Shown here: piece after piece, positions 41,794-52,829 of the stretch
Numbering within the stretch: the stretch's first letter is position 1
How the letters are laid out: the number at the start of each line of letters is the position of its first letter
From: Spirochaetaceae bacterium
GTDB lineage: Bacteria > Spirochaetota > Spirochaetia > DSM-2461
DNA: 64,000 nucleotides
NCBI GenBank assembly: GCA_051531975.1
Contig: JAOPTT010000003.1
Location: 96,001 to 160,000, forward strand
Direction: 5' to 3'
Position numbers and translations under genes: made by a program
Notes under the pieces: generated by a model
What the model was told of the DNA's origin: nothing
Seen by the model: the letters and a program-made list of their open reading frames with translations, nothing else
Databases searched by the model: none

Positions 41794-42732
41794 CTATAAT
41801 ACTGATTCGCCACGAAGACGTTTTACAATCTGGTCAGTTCCTTTAACCAGAACAAATGCTATAACAGATCTTGCTAAACCAACTGCCGTTGCATAACCAT
41901 ACCTAAAATCCGAAATACCAGCCCTAAAAACATATGTCTGTATAACATCAGAAACCTTATAGACAAGAGGATTGTAGAGAACAAATACTGACTCAAAGAG
42001 ATTAAAAATCTTTGCAAGATTCATTATTAAAACAATGATAATAACTGGTATTAAATGAGGTAGAGTGATATTAATCATCTGTTGAAATCTATTTGCACCA
42101 TCTATTTTTGCAGCTTCATATAGTTGTGGGTCTATGCCAGACAGTGCAGCTAGAAATATTACAGTTCCCCAACCGATCTCTCTCCAACTCAAAATAAATA
42201 GATATGTCCCTCTCCATAGTTTTACATCACCTAAAAAATATAGAGGATCGTGACCTAATAGTTGAATAATCTGATTGACCATTCCTCCCTGTCTAGACAG
42301 TAAAAGGTTAAAAACTGCTCCCACTACAACCCATGATAAAAAGTGAGGCAAATATATTACAGTCTGAACTGTTTTCTTAAAAGCCTGGTTTTTAATCTCA
42401 TTAAGTAACATTGAAATCGTAATAATTAAAGACATCTGTATTACGATATTAAGTGAACTTAAAATCAGAGTATTTCTAAAAGCTCTAATAAAACCATCTG
42501 TATTAAATGCATCAATAAAATGTGTTAGACCAATAAAGTCACCCACTCCTCTAAGGTCATAGTCATAAAATGCATACCGAAGACCTATCATAGGGATGTA
42601 TTTAAAAAGAACTAAATACACAAATCCCGGTAACATTAATAGATAAAACATTTTGTATCTGCTTATTCTATTTAATAAATTGTTTCTGTTGGTAACTCTA
42701 CTGGATTGTCCAGTTGTAACACCACGTTCCAT
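41794..42732 (-). CDS. Carbohydrate ABC transporter permease (LplB/YteP type)
   Basis: YLPHFLSWVVV, IDPQLYEAAKIDGANR. ATG 42732 behind AAGGAG. Confidence 0.92.
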   Translation of the reverse strand: MERGVTTGQSSRVTNRNNLLNRISRYKMFYLLMLPGFVYLVLFKYIPMIGLRYAFYDYDLRGVGDFIGLTHFIDAFNTDGFIRAFRNTLILSSLNIVIQMSLIITISMLLNEIKNQAFKKTVQTVIYLPHFLSWVVVGAVFNLLLSRQGGMVNQIIQLLGHDPLYFLGDVKLWRGTYLFILSWREIGWGTVIFLAALSGIDPQLYEAAKIDGANRFQQMINITLPHLIPVIIIVLIMNLAKIFNLFESVFVLYNPLVYKVSDVIQTYVFRAGISDFRYGYATAVGLARSVIAFVLVKGTDQIVKRLRGESVL

Positions 42733-42927
42733 AAAACATCTCCTTCGTTTTATTTTGTTGTGAGTTATTATCTCTCTGGTTTTGTAAAATTGCATAGTGC
42801 CCAATAGTTTAGGAATTGTCCCCTTTTCTTAGAATTGAATTAGGACAAATTTTATGATTAGGTTCATTTTTTTGGAATATATCTTTAGAATTTGCTTTTA
42901 ATTAAATAGGTTGTATCCTTTAATTAG

Positions 42928-45216
42928 ATGGAAAAGAAAAACAGAATATTTTATAATTTTATTATTGCATATAGCATATTAATTTTAATTCCTCTCCTTT
43001 CAGGAATTTTTTTGAATAGCAAAATAGTTAATGAATATGAGGGACATGTTAAAAAGACTCACTTGGTACAATTAAAAAAAACTCAAGAGATTCTGGAGAG
43101 TTTTGTAGAAGATATAAAATGGTCTACCTATCAAATTGGTAATAATACTAAGATTCTTAGGTTAATTTCTGACCAACACAGCCAATTAAGTATTATGGAA
43201 AGGTCTTTGTTAATTAGAGAAACGATGGATGAACTAAGTCAGTCTTTGTTATACAATACATCTTTCAATTCTACATTTTACATATACTTAAAAAACCAAG
43301 ATATGATAATAACTCCTTATTCTGTCTATTCTCATTCTGACTTTAATAGATCGTTTACTTTTTTTAAAATGGATAATATAAGTTCAGAAGATTGGCACAG
43401 TTATATATCAAATAAGTACCTTCCAGGTAAAATATTAAAAGCACGAAATACTATTATAGAAGATTTTAAAAACAAAAAAATGATCCCATATGTTCAGTCT
43501 CTTCCACTAAATAAAACACTAAATAATGATACGATAGAAGGAGCAATTGTATATCTTATTGGTGAAACAGATTTTAATAGGTTCCTAGATTATAAATCTA
43601 TACCCGCTGGAGGATATTCATATATTGCAGATGATGATAACAATATAATCTCATCAGTCTCAAATTCTACAAAACAAATTATACCAATAGATTTAAAAGA
43701 AGACGAAGGGCTCATTGATTTAGAAATCGATGGAGAAAAGATGTTTGTTATCTATACAACAAGCAGTAAAAATAGTTGGAAATATGTTTCAGTGTTACCT
43801 GAAAAATGGGTTCTAACAAAAGTTACATTTTATCAATTCACTTCAATTTTAGTAATGTCAATTGCACTGATATTTTGTTTATTTGTTGCATATAAGTTAT
43901 CTCAGATTTGGTCGAAACCAATTACAAGTAGTATAAAAACACTGGGAGATTTCCTTAATTCTGAAAAAGATGAAGAGCAATCATTTAAAACACTAAATCT
44001 TCATGTAAATGAACTTGTAGATCAAAGTGAAGGAATGCTAAATGAACTTCTGAGTCAAAAAGTTTTTGTTCATAATGCTTTTGTTAATAGATTAGTTAAT
44101 GGGTTTTTTAAAGATAAAAAAGGATTAGATTCTTACCTTTCTCATTTAGGGTTTAACCTTACTGAAAATAGTTTTAGTGTAGCCATAATCTCTTTTTCTG
44201 GATCAGAAATGGAAGGATCTACAGAATATTTTGATAATCAAAATAAGATTAAAAATATATTAAAAAGTAAAATTCAATCTGAATTTCCAATGAGAATTAT
44301 GGTATCTGAACAAGAAAACAGTGATATTGTTTTAATATTGATGACGGATAATTTAACTAAGCATAAAAAAATAGTTAGAACCTCATTAAATAACTTTTTT
44401 AATGACATCCCGAGTACCTATAAAAACAATCTTATAATTGGATTAGGAGACACTGTAAAATCGTTAATGAATATTAACAAATCTTTTATACAAGCAATAG
44501 ATATATTATCCATACCTACTAACGATAAAGGTCTTTTAATAATGGATACAAAAAGTGTAGATAAAAAGATTGAAGAGTTCTATTACACTATAGAAGTAGA
44601 ATCCAGATTAATAAATACAATAAAATCTGGTAATATTGAAAATACAGAATCCCTAATTGAAATGATATATTCAGAAAACCTTAACAACAGACAACTAGAC
44701 TCTAGTAACTTAAAAGCTTTCTATTTTAATCTTAAAAATACTTTCAATAGAATTATCAATCAGGTAAATTCAAATATAAAGCAGGATATGGAAATAGAGT
44801 TAAATAAAATAGATGAAAGTGACTTTGTTAGTATAAAGGCACTTTTTATCCAAATAAGTACCCTACAACATCGTAATAAAAGAAGTCATAATAACCTTCT
44901 AAGTGAAGAAATAAAAGATTTTTTAATGAATAATTATCAGGATAAGAACTTGGGTCTATACTCTGTTGCTGATCACTTTTCAATTACAGAATCCTATCTT
45001 TCATTCTTTTTCAAAGAGCAAACAGACATTAATTTTTCTACATACCTTGAACAACTAAGGGTAAGCGAGGCTCAAACGTTATTAACAACATCAAATGAGA
45101 CAATACAATCTATAGCTTATAAAATTGGTTATAATAGCGATAAAACTTTTAGAAGAGTATTTCAGAAAAACTTAAATATGAGTCCAAGTAAATATAGGTT
45201 AAATAATAAGTTATAA
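42928..45216 (+). CDS. Membrane-anchored AraC-family regulator (YesS/YtdP-like)
   Basis: TM helices near aa 10-30 and 300-320 flank a probable extracytoplasmic domain; C-terminal AraC HTH (IGYNSDKTFRRVFQK). Confidence 0.85.
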   Translation: MEKKNRIFYNFIIAYSILILIPLLSGIFLNSKIVNEYEGHVKKTHLVQLKKTQEILESFVEDIKWSTYQIGNNTKILRLISDQHSQLSIMERSLLIRETMDELSQSLLYNTSFNSTFYIYLKNQDMIITPYSVYSHSDFNRSFTFFKMDNISSEDWHSYISNKYLPGKILKARNTIIEDFKNKKMIPYVQSLPLNKTLNNDTIEGAIVYLIGETDFNRFLDYKSIPAGGYSYIADDDNNIISSVSNSTKQIIPIDLKEDEGLIDLEIDGEKMFVIYTTSSKNSWKYVSVLPEKWVLTKVTFYQFTSILVMSIALIFCLFVAYKLSQIWSKPITSSIKTLGDFLNSEKDEEQSFKTLNLHVNELVDQSEGMLNELLSQKVFVHNAFVNRLVNGFFKDKKGLDSYLSHLGFNLTENSFSVAIISFSGSEMEGSTEYFDNQNKIKNILKSKIQSEFPMRIMVSEQENSDIVLILMTDNLTKHKKIVRTSLNNFFNDIPSTYKNNLIIGLGDTVKSLMNINKSFIQAIDILSIPTNDKGLLIMDTKSVDKKIEEFYYTIEVESRLINTIKSGNIENTESLIEMIYSENLNNRQLDSSNLKAFYFNLKNTFNRIINQVNSNIKQDMEIELNKIDESDFVSIKALFIQISTLQHRNKRSHNNLLSEEIKDFLMNNYQDKNLGLYSVADHFSITESYLSFFFKEQTDINFSTYLEQLRVSEAQTLLTTSNETIQSIAYKIGYNSDKTFRRVFQKNLNMSPSKYRLNNKL

Positions 45217-46629
45217 AGAGCCTAGTTCTTCAATTATTTTGTTAATAAATAAGTCCTGAGATTTCTTTTTATAGAGAATAATTCCCTCATCTATACTTAA
45301 TTCATCATTTATTATTTTACTTATTATCTCTGGCTTTAATTTAGTTTCTATCTCCAAATAGTATTGGCTATAATAAGTTCCTCCATGCTTTAAACGATCT
45401 TGCTTAGAGTTATTGTTTAATATATTTAGTGCAGGGACAATAATATCATCAATCTTCATTGGTTGTTCCCAGTCATTTAAGATGGCTACAGGAGGCACAA
45501 ATGCTTTTGTAAATGCTACTTTATATGGATCATCTTCGTTAATTAAGAACTTTATTTCCCCTTCATCATCACTCCAGTGAAAGCCTTTAACACCATATGT
45601 AAAAAGAGTTTGAATATCAGCTTTGTCATACTGTTTATCAATAAAGTTTGAAAATACAAGTCCTGGGTTATTAGACTTTTTAGTAATAACTAATAAAGGG
45701 GCCACACGTTTAATATAATACCCACCATTAAGTGGTTGAATAGGTATAATTTCTGCATTATTACCAGATATAACTTTTGTTCGATCTTCTAAATTTCTCG
45801 CCCAATGATTTGCCCAATAGGTAATAACTCCAACATCGCCATTTATAAATCGATTTCTTGCAGTAAAAGTTGTATTATTTGTTATATTTGAGTCTGTTAA
45901 GTTCTCCTGGTAAATTCTTTTTAATCGCTTTAGAGCTCCTATCATTTGCACTTCAGTGAAACCATCAACCCATTCACCATCTTTATAATAGATTTCAACT
46001 CTAGCATCTAACATAACAGCTCTATTATACCAATCTTGACTTGCAGAATTTATATCTGTATAACCTTTAGTATCATCTAAACCATTTTGGTCTGGGTCGT
46101 TATGTGTGAATTGATATAATACGTTATAGAACTCATCCCATGTTGTTGGAACTTTTAAACCTAGGTTGTCTAACCAATCCTTTCTAATATATGTTACACA
46201 TCCCCCACCATCTCTAGTAGGGAACCCATATATCTCACCTTTTGAGTTTCTGTAATTATCTAAAAAAGAAGGATCAAAATCCTTAATATAAGTAGACGTT
46301 TTTATAAATGGATCTAAATTAATAATATTATTATGAGAAATAAAAAGAGATAAATACTCTGGAAGGATTTCACAAATGTCAGGTGTATTTGGCTCTGTAA
46401 AACTAATAATTAATTTATCCATATATTGTTGATGAGGAGGTTGAATTATTGTTAATTCAGTATTTGTTAATCTATTATATTCTTCAATAAACTCATCTGG
46501 ACCTTCCCAGTCTTGTATAATTGTATCAAGATAGGCAGTTATCTGAACTACCTCTTTTTCTATTGGCAGATCTTCTTTGCATGAAATAATAAGGATTATT
46601 AGAAGTGGAAGTAATTTGTTTATTTTCAT
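45211..46629 (-). CDS. Extracellular solute-binding lipoprotein, paralogue of 39433-40863
   Basis: LIISC lipobox; shared GGGCVTYIRxDWLDNLGLK, WVDGFT and QTLFTYGV motifs. Confidence 0.85.
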   Translation of the reverse strand: MKINKLLPLLIILIISCKEDLPIEKEVVQITAYLDTIIQDWEGPDEFIEEYNRLTNTELTIIQPPHQQYMDKLIISFTEPNTPDICEILPEYLSLFISHNNIINLDPFIKTSTYIKDFDPSFLDNYRNSKGEIYGFPTRDGGGCVTYIRKDWLDNLGLKVPTTWDEFYNVLYQFTHNDPDQNGLDDTKGYTDINSASQDWYNRAVMLDARVEIYYKDGEWVDGFTEVQMIGALKRLKRIYQENLTDSNITNNTTFTARNRFINGDVGVITYWANHWARNLEDRTKVISGNNAEIIPIQPLNGGYYIKRVAPLLVITKKSNNPGLVFSNFIDKQYDKADIQTLFTYGVKGFHWSDDEGEIKFLINEDDPYKVAFTKAFVPPVAILNDWEQPMKIDDIIVPALNILNNNSKQDRLKHGGTYYSQYYLEIETKLKPEIISKIINDELSIDEGIILYKKKSQDLFINKIIEELGSL

Positions 46630-46687
46630 ATTTAATCTATTATATGGTTCAATTAAAGATGTCGCAAGATAATATATATATTACATT

Positions 46688-48019
46688 TTAAATATCACGA
46701 TCCCGCCATTTACCTTTTATAAAACCGATTCTTAATATTATTAAACTTACATACTTATCTATCAATGTTGCAACCCATGCACCATATAGTCCAAAGTTCA
46801 AATAATTAACAAAAAGCAAAACAAGTGGTATTCGTATAACTAATAAACCTATTAAAGATGTTAATAAAGGCCACCTTGTTTCTCCAGCTCCTTTTAATGC
46901 CCCACTTAATACAAGAACACTATTTTGAGCAGGATTAATTAAGGATAATATAATCATAATTGGTACTAGTTTATTAATTATTGCATTGTCATTTGTATAA
47001 ATAGATGCAACAGATTGCCCTTTAAATATAAATAGAATACTTATTAAAACTGATATTATTAATCCAATGGTTATTAGTTTTTTAATATATTCTCCTAAGA
47101 TATCTCTTTTATTTGAGCCTAGTAGTCTACCAGTAAATGATGTTGATGCCATTCCAAGAGCATGCCCAAAATTAGTAGATAAACCTGAGATGTTTAAACA
47201 TACTTGATGTGCTGCAAAGTCTATAGTTCCAAGATTAGCAATAGTTCTAGTATATAAAAAAAAGCCTACCCTTAAAATTATTTGTTCAATGGCTGATGCT
47301 GAACCTATATTTATTATTTTTGATAATATTCTTTTATCAAGCCCTAAATTTATATTAACATCTAATCTTATTTCCATTTTGGTTTTAAACAATAATACCA
47401 GTGCAAGAACTGTCTGGATAATTTTAGCGATAGTTGCAGATAAACCTGCGCCATAAATCCCTAACCTAGGGAAACCCATGTTCCCAAAAATTAAAAGGTA
47501 ACCAAGAATTACATTTATTATGTTAGCGATTATGTTAATCATCATAGGACTTTTAGAATCACCAGCACCTCTAAATAGGGATGATATAGATAAGGGAATA
47601 ACTTGAAAAATTATACCTAAAGCCATAAATTTCATATATATTGTTGCATTAATTACAGATTCACTATTAGCACCAATTAATAAAACAATATTTCTAGAAA
47701 AGATATAAACTGGAATTGTTAAAACAACACCAATTAAGAATGAAATTTGCAAAGCTTGTATTACGACTTTTTTAGCCAAATCATAGGATTTTGAGCCTAC
47801 ATATCTTGCAATTAACGCTGTAGCACCTATATTAAAAGACTGAAAAACAGCAAGACTCATATTTACTGGCTGGCTGGTCAAACCAACCGCACTAATTGCT
47901 TCTGGTCCTATCTTTCCTACCATAATTAAGTTAACTACAGATATCATAGAAAACAACATTAACTCTATTATGCATGGTAATATAAATTTACTAATCTCAT
48001 AATACTGATTCTTTTGCAT
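46688..48019 (-). CDS. MATE-family efflux transporter
   Basis: About 12 TM helices, AISAVGL, RGAGDSKSPM, LKGAGET, GLYGAW. Confidence 0.9.
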   Translation of the reverse strand: MQKNQYYEISKFILPCIIELMLFSMISVVNLIMVGKIGPEAISAVGLTSQPVNMSLAVFQSFNIGATALIARYVGSKSYDLAKKVVIQALQISFLIGVVLTIPVYIFSRNIVLLIGANSESVINATIYMKFMALGIIFQVIPLSISSLFRGAGDSKSPMMINIIANIINVILGYLLIFGNMGFPRLGIYGAGLSATIAKIIQTVLALVLLFKTKMEIRLDVNINLGLDKRILSKIINIGSASAIEQIILRVGFFLYTRTIANLGTIDFAAHQVCLNISGLSTNFGHALGMASTSFTGRLLGSNKRDILGEYIKKLITIGLIISVLISILFIFKGQSVASIYTNDNAIINKLVPIMIILSLINPAQNSVLVLSGALKGAGETRWPLLTSLIGLLVIRIPLVLLFVNYLNFGLYGAWVATLIDKYVSLIILRIGFIKGKWRDRDI

Positions 48020-48099
48020 ATTATTATTATATAAAACCACAACATCATAAACTGCTCAGATATTGACATAATTCATAAAAACAACCCATATTATGATAC

Positions 48100-48876
48100 A
48101 TGAAGAGTGATTATAAATATATTACAGCGGATAATAAAGTCTCTCTTGGGTATAGAAAATGGATAAAGGGATCGCAGAGTAGACACCTACATGATGGATA
48201 TGAAATTCTATACGTTGTAAGTGGGAAAAGAGATATGTTTATTGAAGACAAAGTATTACATATGACAAGTGGTGATATTGTACTTATTCCACCTAATACA
48301 TTACATAAGTCTTTTAATAATTACGATGGCTCTGAGATTTATTCTCTCTATCTGAACTCGATAAGTGGTATATCTATTGAAAAACTCTTTTTATTAAGAT
48401 CAACTCAAATCTCAGATATAATATTAAAAATTGACAAAGAATTTAAGAACAATGAAATAGCAGCAAATCAGTTAATAAATGCTCTAGGATTAAAATTATT
48501 TATATATATACTAAGAAAAAGTTTTCAAAATGAAGTTTTAGACATCAAAGTAGTAAATTGTAACAAAACAATCCAACAAATTGTTAAATATATAAATCAA
48601 AAATATCAGGAAGAATTAAACTTAAAGTTCTTATCTAAAGAATTTAACTTGAGCCAAGGACATTTAAGTAGATCATTTAAAAAACATACAGGGTTTTCTC
48701 TTATAGACTATATAAATCATATACGGATTCAAAAATCTAATGAGTTATTATTAAAATCAAACCATACAATTAGTTATATATGTTATTTCTGTGGTTTTGG
48801 GAGTTTAACTAACTTTGGCCGCCTATTTAAAAAATTAAATGGAAAATCACCTAGAGAATATAGAAAACTTAAATAG
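48100..48876 (+). CDS. AraC-family transcriptional regulator
   Basis: HLHDGYEILYVVSG cupin, CGFGSLTNFGRLFKK HTH; divergent from the MATE gene. Confidence 0.9.
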   Translation: MKSDYKYITADNKVSLGYRKWIKGSQSRHLHDGYEILYVVSGKRDMFIEDKVLHMTSGDIVLIPPNTLHKSFNNYDGSEIYSLYLNSISGISIEKLFLLRSTQISDIILKIDKEFKNNEIAANQLINALGLKLFIYILRKSFQNEVLDIKVVNCNKTIQQIVKYINQKYQEELNLKFLSKEFNLSQGHLSRSFKKHTGFSLIDYINHIRIQKSNELLLKSNHTISYICYFCGFGSLTNFGRLFKKLNGKSPREYRKLK

Positions 48877-48947
48877 AGTTTTTTTATAAATAAGTTGATT
48901 TTATTGACATTCAGATTAGCTGACTTATTATTTATATAGGGATACAG

Positions 48948-51900
48948 ATGAAAGGATCAGATGATTCAGATCAAAAAGACATTATAGACCAGAAATTACA
49001 GACTCAGATTTTTGATATTATGGATGAGATGTTTCAAGTTATTGAGCTAATATATGACGATAATGGAAAAGCTATTGATTATATTCATCTTCAGGTTAAT
49101 CCCGCTTTTGAAAAGCTTGTTCAAATGAAAAAAGAGGATTTAATAGGGAAAAGAGTTAAAGATATATTTGGAATTATCGAAGATTATTGGATAGAGATTT
49201 ATGAAAGGGTTGAGTCTACAGGAGTTACAGAAAATTTTGAAAATTATGGTGCTGAACTTGATAAATATTACGCAATTAAGGCATGGAAAATAGGTGAGAA
49301 TAAAGTAGCGGTTCTGTTCACAGAAATTACAGAGAAATATAAAATGGAATATGCATTAAAAGAGAGTGAAGAACGAATTAGGTTATTTACTCAAAACGTC
49401 CCAGATTATTTGTTACAAATCGATAGAATGGGGAAAATTGAATATATTAATAAAACGTTTGAAGGTTTAACACAAAAAGATGTTATAGGAACTTCAGTAT
49501 ATTCTTGGATCCCTGATGAGTCTTTGCAAAAGTTTAAAGATAAAGTAGAAAAAGTTTTTATAAATGGATGTAATGAAATTATTGAATATCCGTCAGAAGG
49601 AGCAAAAGGGGAACCTGTATGGTTTGAATCCCAAATAGGACCACTTGAAAATTCTGGTATCATAAATCATGTGATAATTGTCGCAAGGGATATAACAGAA
49701 AAGAAAAATGCAGTAGAAGCCTCTTTAAACAGTGATAAACGATTTAAAATTGTTGCAGAATCAGCAGGGAAATGGGTTTGGGAAATTAATGCAGAAGGTT
49801 TATATACTTATTCAAGTCCTTTGGTTAAGCAAATATTAGGTTATACACCAGAAGAAATAGTCGGTAAAAAACATTTCTTTGATTTCTTCCAGAAGGATGT
49901 TAAAGAGCAATTAAAAGAAGAAGCAATTAATGCTTTTAAGCAAAAGCTTATTATTAAGGATTTTGAAAGTCCTAAAGAACATAAAAATGGTGAAATAGTT
50001 ATTCTAAATACATCAGGCAGTCCTATTCTTGATAAAGATGGTAATTTAATAGGATATCTCGGTGCTGATAGTGATATTACTGAGCGTAAAATTGCAGAAA
50101 ATGAAATTAGATATCAGGCATCTTTAATTGAGCAAATGGATACAGCTATAATAACAATAGGCTTTGATAATAAAATACTTTCCTGGAATGAACATGCCAA
50201 AAGTCTTTATGGGTGGAGTAAGGAAGAAGTTATAGGAAAAGATATTATTGAACTATTAGGCGCTGAAGAATCGAAAGAGGAAACCTTAAAATCATTTGTT
50301 GATCTGAATAGAGATGGGCATTGGGAAGGAGATTATTTAGCTAATAAAAAAGATGGTACTCGAGTTCCAATCCATGTTATAAATTCATATTTAAAAGATT
50401 CAAATGGAGAAAATATTGGATTTATAGGACTGAGTACTGATATTACATATCGTATTAAGGCAGAGATTAAATTAAATCAAAGTACTCAATTACTTGAAAC
50501 ATCTCAAGCAATAGCAAAGCTTGGTGGATGGGAACTGGATATTGTGACAAATAACTTATTCTGGACTGCAGAGACCTATCGTATTTACGATACTTCTACA
50601 GAAGAGTTCAACCCAACAGTGGATGCAGGTTTTGGCTATTTCTTACCTGAGTCTCGTCGTATTATTTCTGATGCATTGAAGGCAGCAGTAGAGAATGCAA
50701 AAGGTTACGACCTTATACTAGAAACCCTGACTACAAAAGGCCGACGAATTGACATACGTACTACATGCGAAGTAATACTACTCGATGGAAAACCCATAAG
50801 GTTAACTGGGATTTTTCAGGATATAACTGAACTTAAGCAAGTAGAAAACAAAATACTTGCTGCTGAAGAAACGGCAAGATTAAATGAACAATATTACAAA
50901 AATATCATCAACAAAATGGGAGACCCAGTTTTTGTAAAAGACAACCAAAGCAGGTTATTACTGGTTAATGATGCTTTTTGTAAAATATTTGATCTCCCAA
51001 GGGATTCAATAATAGGAAAAACACTTGCCGAAGATGTTCCACCAAATGAACGGGAGCATTTTTTGAGAGTCGATAAACAGGTGATACAAGATGGAAAAGA
51101 TAATATTAGTGAGGAGTCGCTTACTGTAAGAAACGGTAAAACTCGTACAATTTCCACAAGAAAGTCGCGTTTTACTGATAATAGTGGTAAAAACTTTTTA
51201 GTAGGAGTTATTCGCGATATCACTGAGATACAAAAATCAGAAGAAGCACTAAGAGAAAGTGAAGAGAATCTTTCAACTATACTCAATTACATTGGGGAAG
51301 CAGTAATTGCAACAGATGGTGAAGGGAAAATTACTCAAATGAACCCTGTTGCACAAAAGTTAACCGGATGGGCACTTAAAGATGCAAAAACAACTTTACT
51401 ACCAAATGTTTTAAAAATCACGAATGCAATCTCGGGAGAAACGATTCCAAATCCCGTAGAAGGGATGATCACCAGCGGGACCATTTATAAACTAACAAAC
51501 AATACCATTCTCACCTCCCGAGATGGTGTAAAGAGACAAATTGCTGCTAGGGGTGCACCTATTAAAAACTCAACAGGTGAAATTGTTGGTGTGGTCCTGG
51601 TATTTCGGGATGTAACAGAACAATACAAACTGGAGGAGCAGTTCAGACAATCTCAAAAAATGGATGCAATCGGTCAACTTGCCGGTGGTGTTGCCCACGA
51701 TTTTAACAATATGTTAACAGGTATAATGGGATGTGCAGAGATAATTTCCAGCAAAGTCGCCGAGGATGAAGCATTAAGCCAGTTATCTAATTTGATTTTG
51801 GATACATCGATGCAGGCTGCAGAACTAACCAAGAAATTATTATCATTTTCCCATAAAGCAAAATCAGTTAACGAGATATTTGATATTCATGAATCTATTA

Positions 51901-52769
51901 CAAAAACCTTATCTATGCTGAAAAGAAGTATAAACAGATCAATTATTATTAAATCTAATTTAGATGCCCCCAATTCATATATTAATGGGGATCAATCTTT
52001 AATACAAAATTCACTTTTGAATTTAGGTTTAAATGCAAGGGATGTTATGCCTAAAGGGGGCACATTAACATTTACAACTAGGAATGTGATTTTTGAACAG
52101 AAAGACATAAATTCTAACTCAGATATTGCCCCTGGTAATTATATAGAAATAGAGGTGGAGGATACAGGTTGTGGAATGACACAGGAAGTACAAAGCCGCC
52201 TTTTTGAACCGTTTTTCACAACAAAACCAATGGGGAAAGGAACCGGCTTAGGACTCTCTACTGTCTACAATACAATTAAGGGGAATGATGGCAATATCTC
52301 TATAAGTAGTGAAATAAATCGTGGCTCTATCTTTAAAATTTTATTACCAATAATTTTGGATATAAATGAAAGCAAAGATATTGTGGCAAAAAAAACTGTA
52401 CCTGGGATTGGCACTATTTTAGTCGTCGACGATGAAAATATTGTACGATTGGTCCTTGGTCAAATGTTAAGTGAACTAGGATACAATGTCCTGTTTGCAG
52501 AAGAAGGTGAAGAGTGTATTAAAATCTATAAAGAAAAAGGAAATTCTATTGATATGATTATTTTAGATATGGTTATGCCAAAGATGAATGGCCGAGATGT
52601 CTTTTACGCATTAAAAGAAATCAATCCTGATATAAAAGTCTTAATTTGCTCTGGGTTTTCTAAGGATATAAATATCGAAAAATTAATTGAGGATGGGGTG
52701 TCAGCTTTTATGCAGAAACCATATAAAAAAATTGATATATCAATGAAAATCAAAGAGATCTTATCTTAG
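48948..52769 (+). CDS. Cytoplasmic multi-PAS hybrid sensor histidine kinase / response regulator
   Basis: About seven PAS/PAC repeats ending in DIT/DVT, QKMDAIGQLAGGVAHDFNNML H-box, FEPFFTTK, C-terminal receiver. Confidence 0.93.
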   Translation: MKGSDDSDQKDIIDQKLQTQIFDIMDEMFQVIELIYDDNGKAIDYIHLQVNPAFEKLVQMKKEDLIGKRVKDIFGIIEDYWIEIYERVESTGVTENFENYGAELDKYYAIKAWKIGENKVAVLFTEITEKYKMEYALKESEERIRLFTQNVPDYLLQIDRMGKIEYINKTFEGLTQKDVIGTSVYSWIPDESLQKFKDKVEKVFINGCNEIIEYPSEGAKGEPVWFESQIGPLENSGIINHVIIVARDITEKKNAVEASLNSDKRFKIVAESAGKWVWEINAEGLYTYSSPLVKQILGYTPEEIVGKKHFFDFFQKDVKEQLKEEAINAFKQKLIIKDFESPKEHKNGEIVILNTSGSPILDKDGNLIGYLGADSDITERKIAENEIRYQASLIEQMDTAIITIGFDNKILSWNEHAKSLYGWSKEEVIGKDIIELLGAEESKEETLKSFVDLNRDGHWEGDYLANKKDGTRVPIHVINSYLKDSNGENIGFIGLSTDITYRIKAEIKLNQSTQLLETSQAIAKLGGWELDIVTNNLFWTAETYRIYDTSTEEFNPTVDAGFGYFLPESRRIISDALKAAVENAKGYDLILETLTTKGRRIDIRTTCEVILLDGKPIRLTGIFQDITELKQVENKILAAEETARLNEQYYKNIINKMGDPVFVKDNQSRLLLVNDAFCKIFDLPRDSIIGKTLAEDVPPNEREHFLRVDKQVIQDGKDNISEESLTVRNGKTRTISTRKSRFTDNSGKNFLVGVIRDITEIQKSEEALRESEENLSTILNYIGEAVIATDGEGKITQMNPVAQKLTGWALKDAKTTLLPNVLKITNAISGETIPNPVEGMITSGTIYKLTNNTILTSRDGVKRQIAARGAPIKNSTGEIVGVVLVFRDVTEQYKLEEQFRQSQKMDAIGQLAGGVAHDFNNMLTGIMGCAEIISSKVAEDEALSQLSNLILDTSMQAAELTKKLLSFSHKAKSVNEIFDIHESITKTLSMLKRSINRSIIIKSNLDAPNSYINGDQSLIQNSLLNLGLNARDVMPKGGTLTFTTRNVIFEQKDINSNSDIAPGNYIEIEVEDTGCGMTQEVQSRLFEPFFTTKPMGKGTGLGLSTVYNTIKGNDGNISISSEINRGSIFKILLPIILDINESKDIVAKKTVPGIGTILVVDDENIVRLVLGQMLSELGYNVLFAEEGEECIKIYKEKGNSIDMIILDMVMPKMNGRDVFYALKEINPDIKVLICSGFSKDINIEKLIEDGVSAFMQKPYKKIDISMKIKEILS

Positions 52770-52829
52770 CGTTACTGTTTTGGTGGTGCTACACCAATAT
52801 ATCATGCTCCTTTTGAAGTAGAGTTTTTA

